Positions 55,936 to 64,000 of a stretch of DNA of 64,000 nt are shown piece by piece. Position 1 is the first letter of the stretch; every line of letters begins with the position of its first letter. Source of the stretch: the human T2T-CHM13v2.0 reference genome, Homo sapiens; assembly GCF_009914755.1 (NCBI RefSeq), contig NC_060930.1. One strand, given 5' to 3'. Under the pieces are notes generated by a model, which made no database searches, had not been told where the DNA came from, and worked only from the letters and a program-made list of their open reading frames with translations. The position numbers and the translations under genes were made by a program.

Positions 55936-58336
55936 CTACAAAAGAGAAAATAATTGTTTTAATAGCTTTAAAGATAAAAAGTTAAATTAAATGGTTTGAA
56001 ACTCAAATTATTTTTCTCCAAAACAATAAATAAATAAAATCTGTACTATGCACAGAGGGGAGTGAAAAGTTTCTTATCTATGCATTTACTTCCTTGTAAA
56101 TTTAATAGTTGTATTACTGCATTCAGAAAAATTAGTTTCCTTTGTAATCCCGTATGTTTTTTGCACTTAAAATACTTTATTATACTTTAATAAAGCTGGT
56201 AAAAAACAAAAAATTAATATATAATATTTTGAGAATGGACCACAGGTTTAAAACGATCAAAACAATCCACAAAAAAGGTTAAGGACATCTGTATTAAATC
56301 AGTAAAGCAGAATGTAAACATATGCAATTATTTAAGAAACAAAAGAAATACATTAGAATAAACAGTAAATGTCTCACTGTGGAATCGGGAGTGATTATTA
56401 CTTTCTTATTAGTATTTTTCTATTAATATATCTTTCAAGATTCTATCCAACAGACACAATGAAAGTAGTTTCTATTTGTTTTTCAACCCACAGGTGAAAA
56501 GGAACTGTAGAAATAATAGAGACAGCTAGCATCCTAGGACCTGCTCTATGATCTTAGACTGGGAAACGATAGAATAAATAAATGTGCACTTTATTATCTA
56601 GCCCATATCAATAACAAGAAGATAATCAAGAGATTAAGGTAAAGAGCTGGGTATCCCTTAGGTTGTATATGTGTAGGAACAAACAGGAGTAGGAAGTAAC
56701 TCTAATACCACGTCCTTCCCAACCTAATTTTAAGTGTAAGCAAAGTGATAAGATTTATCCTCTGTTGTAAAGAGGAAATGAATTAGTTCAATAATATATT
56801 AAGGTACCTGCTCTAATAATGTTTTCATGTAAAACAAAGTAATTACTCTAAAATTTTCTTTTTAATTAAAAAAATCCCTATTTCCTGTTGCTACTGATAA
56901 CTCTTATTTAAAAAATGACTGGGCACAGCATGTCAGGGGGTTACTTAAATTTCTAACTATCTGCATCGACTTCAGTTTACTATATTCTTCTTAATCCTAG
57001 AGACTTATTTCTCACCACTTTTAGAAAAAAAAAAGTGCTTACAGGCATAGAGCAATAAATGTAGAAAGTTTATTATTTGTTGCCCCAGGTATGAAATCAA
57101 ACAAATGAAAGCAGAGGTGTGGAATCAAGAAATAAAATTATAACATTTTTGTATATTACACATCCATAACAGAAATATAAACTAAGCAAGAAAAAACTAC
57201 CCATATGATATTCCTTTATTTGGACAGTTTGTTCTGGATATCCCAAAAAGTATGCTCTGAACTTGTTAGCTGGGAATAACCAATCTGTGAGAGTGGGAAA
57301 ACAAAAATTTCTATGTTGTACAAAATACCACCCATCATACTATTAAAAAAGAAATACGTATTAGGATATCTAAAAATAGCATTCATCTCATAGGGTTTAA
57401 TACGCAATATTCTAAAACTCAGTATGTCAGTTTTAGGTAATCAAAGATATTGTACAGAAAGAGACTAAAATTAATTAACCCTTGCTCTTGATGACACATG
57501 TTCAACTCCTGAGCAGAATTATCTAGCAGTTCAAATAGAGTAATACCAGAGGGAAACTTATATAATCAAAAAAACTAAAAAGACTAAGTTAAGTGACCCA
57601 CACTACTATCAGAATGACTTCAGGAAAATACTTTGAAAGCATCCATCAGAGAGTTAAACATTTGAGCACATAGTATTTTAGGTATAAACGAAAGCACAAA
57701 TTCAAAGCAGGTTCTTAAATTACTTTACCATCAGGATTTTATAATCTAAAAATCAGACCTAAAATATTTTCACATAAACTAAGAAAATATCCATAAGTAG
57801 AACTCAAAATATGGCAAAGGCACTAATTAATCAACACAGACCCTGGCCTTAATTCTGCAGGACACTGATGAACCAGGCTTTCCTCTTTCAATGGAGCTGA
57901 GGTAGGGGAAGAAGATCCAGAGGGCAGAGCAGCACCTGACTGGTATAAAAGCATGTCAACCTTTTAACCACCAGAAGGAATAAACCACTGTTCATTGACC
58001 AAATATCAGCCCCATAGACAAAGATCTATAAAGAAAAAGAAATACCTCCCAACAGATGAAAAGGCAACTGAAGTCCAATAAAGTTATAATATAGATATAT
58101 CAGTTCTGAGGAAAGAAACAGCAGTTAAAATTATCAGGTATACTAAAGCATTTACTAAAGTATCAGGTATACTAAAGTATACTAAATGAAATGGTGATGA
58201 TATTAAAGTAACCGAGAGTTAGAATACAATGGGATTTGTGTGGTAGAAAGGTGCACATACTTTTAAAATCTCAGCCCTTCTAAAAAAAATGTATACAGAA
58301 CACCTCAGCTTCCAAAAACACAAAGTACTAGATTAA

Positions 58337-58465
58337 GCCATTTATGCCTATTGTTCCATTATTGGAATACTAAGCTTGTGAGAGTTATTTATATTTTACT
58401 ACTCAAGGTCATCATCAAGGTCTGATTTTTCACCAAAAAAATTTGCAACCTCTGGCATAAATGGG
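58337..58465 (+). mobile_element. MER85 (piggyBac/PGBD3-derived MITE)
   Basis: TTAA TSDs at 58333-58336 and 58466-58469; TIRs (G)CCATTTATGCC / GGCATAAATGGG; internal palindrome GTTCCATTATTGGAAT. Confidence 0.92.
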
Positions 58466-58817
58466 TTAAAATACAAACTACAGCCTAATAAGATTATACT
58501 TTTCCCTCATGCCCTTGAAAATAACAAAACTAAAAAACTGCTTAGTAAAAATATTTCCTACCCAATCTGATTCACTGAATTAACTTCACACACATTATCT
58601 CTTCAGAAACAGACAAAGGAAAAGCTAATGAATTTCAGTAGATATGAAATGGAAATGATGAATTCAGCATAACTGAAAATAAGATGTTCACTTCTTACAC
58701 TCCATCACCAAGTCAATTCATATTTATCTTCCAAATAGCTTATGTTTCTTCCTCTCTGTTCTCTTTGTAACCACTGTAGTTCCAATGCTCACCTGAACTT
58801 ATATAATGGCTACTTAA

Positions 58818-59191
<374 letters not shown>

Positions 59192-59311
59192 CACAGTGCT
59201 GTAACTCTTAAAGCAAAGTCATACATATTTATTTTCATGCATTCATTTACACAAATATATACACATCTTCACTGTCTTACAATTACCGGGTAGGACAAAA
59301 TTAAAAATTTC

Positions 59312-59615
<304 letters not shown>

Positions 59616-59814
59616 AAAAATTTCTTAAACATGGCATGTAAGACCCAGAGTCTACTTACCTGGCTAATGTCATATCCTGTCACTTGCCCACAGGAACACC
59701 TGAAACATCATATTACCCTTCCTTTTTTGAGGGGAGGGGAAATCTAAATTCACATCACACTTTTTATGTCATTCTTCAAACACTCCATGCTAACCTCAGC
59801 CTCCCAGTTAATAT

Positions 59815-61533
<1,719 letters not shown>

Positions 61534-62131
61534 TTATACATGTTACTCATCTTTTTTATTTGTCAAGTCAGCTGACCAATTCCCATTCCTTCGAATCTCA
61601 ACTCAAATATTACTTCCTCTTAGATCTCCTGATTCTGCAATGCAGAGTAAGAACCTGCTCCTCTACCATCAACATCTGGTATGTATCTCCTATCAGAGCA
61701 CTTAAACACTGTAATTAAAGGTATGTATCTGCATGCCTCCACAATGTAAACCTAGAGGACAGAGACCATGGTCCTCTACCTTTAGCCCTAAGATCTAGCA
61801 CAGTATCCAACACATAAGTGTTTCAAAAACGTATGAGCTACATGAATTAGTTAAATCTAGATCACGGCTTTGCCATAAAATTATCTAGTTTTATTAGCAA
61901 AAGCATATCACTTAAAAGAAACTCTGAATATGCCACCTTCAAAAATATTTCAAGACCTTTTGTCAATCAGTTAACCTAAATGCACGCCTCATTCAAATAT
62001 TTACGTATGATAATGAGAAGAACACTGTCCTAGATGGCTGAAATGCTAATAGTCTTTAATTCACTATTTTCTTATTCTCACTGTTGCAAAGATTTGTAGT
62101 TTTATTGATGATTCTCACTCATGTTCTAAAA

Positions 62132-62315
62132 TAGGAGTTGGCAAACTATTGGCTGCCTGTGTTTATAAATAAAGTTTTCCTAGAACACAGTCATGTTCTT
62201 TGTTTATGTATTGTCTATGATTACTTCTGAGCTACAAGAGAGACACAAAGACCATACAGACAATAAATCTAAAATACTTACTATCTATGCTTTAAGAAAA
62301 GTTTGCTGATTCCCG
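62132..62315. mobile_element. MER58A (hAT-Charlie), degraded
   Basis: GGAGTTGGCAAACTAT...AAATAAAGTTTT...GAAAAGTTTGCTGATTCCCG. Confidence 0.7.
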
Positions 62316-63398
62316 CTCCAGATAATTCAGGTTTGCATACAAGGGACCTCGATGTTAACAAGGGAAATTAACATAAGTAGATTTGGCTTTCTTTAAAAAG
62401 CCAAAAAAATACTTTAGAAATATACTCCAGAGCTAAAATACATAGAAAAACCACTAAAAAAAGTGCTTACAAAAGTACTCTTTTTCATGACACATCAAGG
62501 CAGGTAAAAAGAATTGAAAATATGACTTGACTATAAAACACATGCATCCTAAGAACTCCTGGAACTACAAAAAGTTCAAGAATTTTATTCCCATTACTCA
62601 ACAATTTTATTCCCATTACAAGTTACATGTAATAAGTAATTTTTTTATTTATGGAAAGTTATTTATTGAAAATTGTGAGACTAAATTATAAACAGAAACT
62701 TTAAAAAATTTATTAACTCCTAATATATTTCCTAACATAAAAAATGAGACTAATGACCTATTTTTAACAAAGATAAATGTCTTCCATTAACAAGGATAAA
62801 TTTTAGAAGTACAAACAAATAAGCAAAATCTTACTGATATTAGTATAAAAACAAGAAGAATTAAGAAAGGGAATTCATTGACAAAGATTTAAAAGACTGA
62901 TAGGGTCAAATCTGAAAAGATGCACAGACAAGAATTTTCATCAAAGTGTTATTTATAATGGGGAAACATTATAAATGTCTAAGCAGTCATCACTAGAAGA
63001 TCAGTTAAATATATTTTTGTATCCTTAGAAGGAAACGCAATATAGTCAAAATTGATGGAGCTACACTTACTATCCTGCAGAGATGCCCACAATATGTTAA
63101 CAGGCAGATTACCAAGAATTATATAAAACATAATCACATTTGTGTAAAAAGCATGTAGAATGCATGCAAGAAGGGAGGTGAACTCTGCTTGCATTCAAGC
63201 ACATAAAAATGTCTAGATGAAACAACATAGACAAAACTGTTAAATTGTGGCTATTGTTCCTTGGAGATTTAGAGAGTGGATTGTTCTTTTTTCTTACATT
63301 TTTTTCTTTCCTAGATTTTTCTGAATGATCCTTTTATTTTTTTTTTCAAATAATTCTATTTCCATTTCATGGTTTAAAAAAAAAAAATCAAGACTTAC

Positions 63399-63466
63399 CC
63401 AACTAAAAGAAGCAGTGCACAAATCACAACAAATCCCAAAGTATACTTGAGTGCCGTTTTAATTTG
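63399..63466 (-). CDS. LMBRD1: LMBRD1 coding exon (exon 5, 68 nt): QIKTALKYTLGFVVICALLLLV(G)
   Basis: Reverse complement ctccttggcatctag|CAAATTAAAACG...TTAGTTGG|gtaagt; translation matches recalled LMBD1 protein; phase 0 to 2. Confidence 0.96.
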
Positions 63467-63904
63467 CTAGATGCCAAGGAGAAAAAAGTATAACATTTAG
63501 CAAGCCCTTTAAAATATAAAATATTCTTGCAACACTTTAACAGTACCTTCACATCAGATACATGCTTACACTCAATATTGAAACTAAGGTTGAAAAACAA
63601 CCTTAAAATTTAAAGAAAACAGGTATACTACATCTTAAGTATCTTTGCAAAACATGAGATTTTTTAAATCTTTTCAATAGTTAGGCCCTTGTAAAAACCA
63701 ATCCACCTAAAGCATAGTTAATTCTCCAGTAGGCATCTTTAGTAAAATTATCAGAATATGTAATAAAATATTCCCCCAGACAGCAATCAGAATCTACAAT
63801 GCCCCAACCCAATTCATCAAAATGGTTTATAACAATAATAAACACAATATATACGTTTGTGTTTGAGTATATACATGAGTATATATTAAATATATTTGTA
63901 TATA

Positions 63905-64000
63905 TACATACTCATATATACATATATAAGTATATATACACATATACATACTCATATATACATATATAAGTATATATACACATATACATACTCATATATA
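63905..64000. repeat. AT-rich 40-bp tandem repeat, runs off the window end
   Basis: Unit CATACTCATATATACATATATAAGTATATATACACATATA repeated with period 40, at least 2.3 copies. Confidence 0.85.

Noticed and set aside
58131-58187. Short local tandem duplications (also at about 2627, 11010, 33375, 41547, 62580)
   Set aside because: Ordinary slippage duplications in AT-rich DNA with no evidence of function.
59660-59699. Consensus donor CAG|GTAAGT in intron 5 with a possible 40-nt exon
   Set aside because: The upstream acceptor has a poor pyrimidine tract; isolated donor matches are common in long introns (also at about 8922).

Overview
This is human AT-rich, repeat-dense intronic DNA containing ten internal coding exons (exons 5-14 by my recollection of the 16-exon gene) of LMBRD1, the lysosomal cobalamin transport escort protein (cblF gene), on the minus strand. 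The exons splice GT-AG with compatible phases into one open frame from QIKTALKYTLG to KRCDADAPE (1012 nt, about c.406-c.1417). The 5' exons and last two exons lie outside the window. The introns hold a sense-oriented NPM1 processed pseudogene (intron 9) and an antisense GAPDH processed pseudogene inserted into a MaLR LTR (intron 5). They also hold a near full-length, internally deleted L1MA nested in a Tigger4a, ten Alus including a young AluYb8, a piggyBac-derived MER85, several MaLR/ERV LTRs and old L1/L2/MER fragments. I see no new multi-gene system. The best leads are: (i) a 64-nt candidate poison exon in intron 7 with strong splice sites and TGA as its first in-frame codon; (ii) a 59-bp near-perfect inverted duplication inside the L1, plus two smaller palindromes; (iii) an unusual excess of donors lacking -1G. 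Repeat subfamily names come from memory of consensus sequences and need RepeatMasker/Dfam confirmation.
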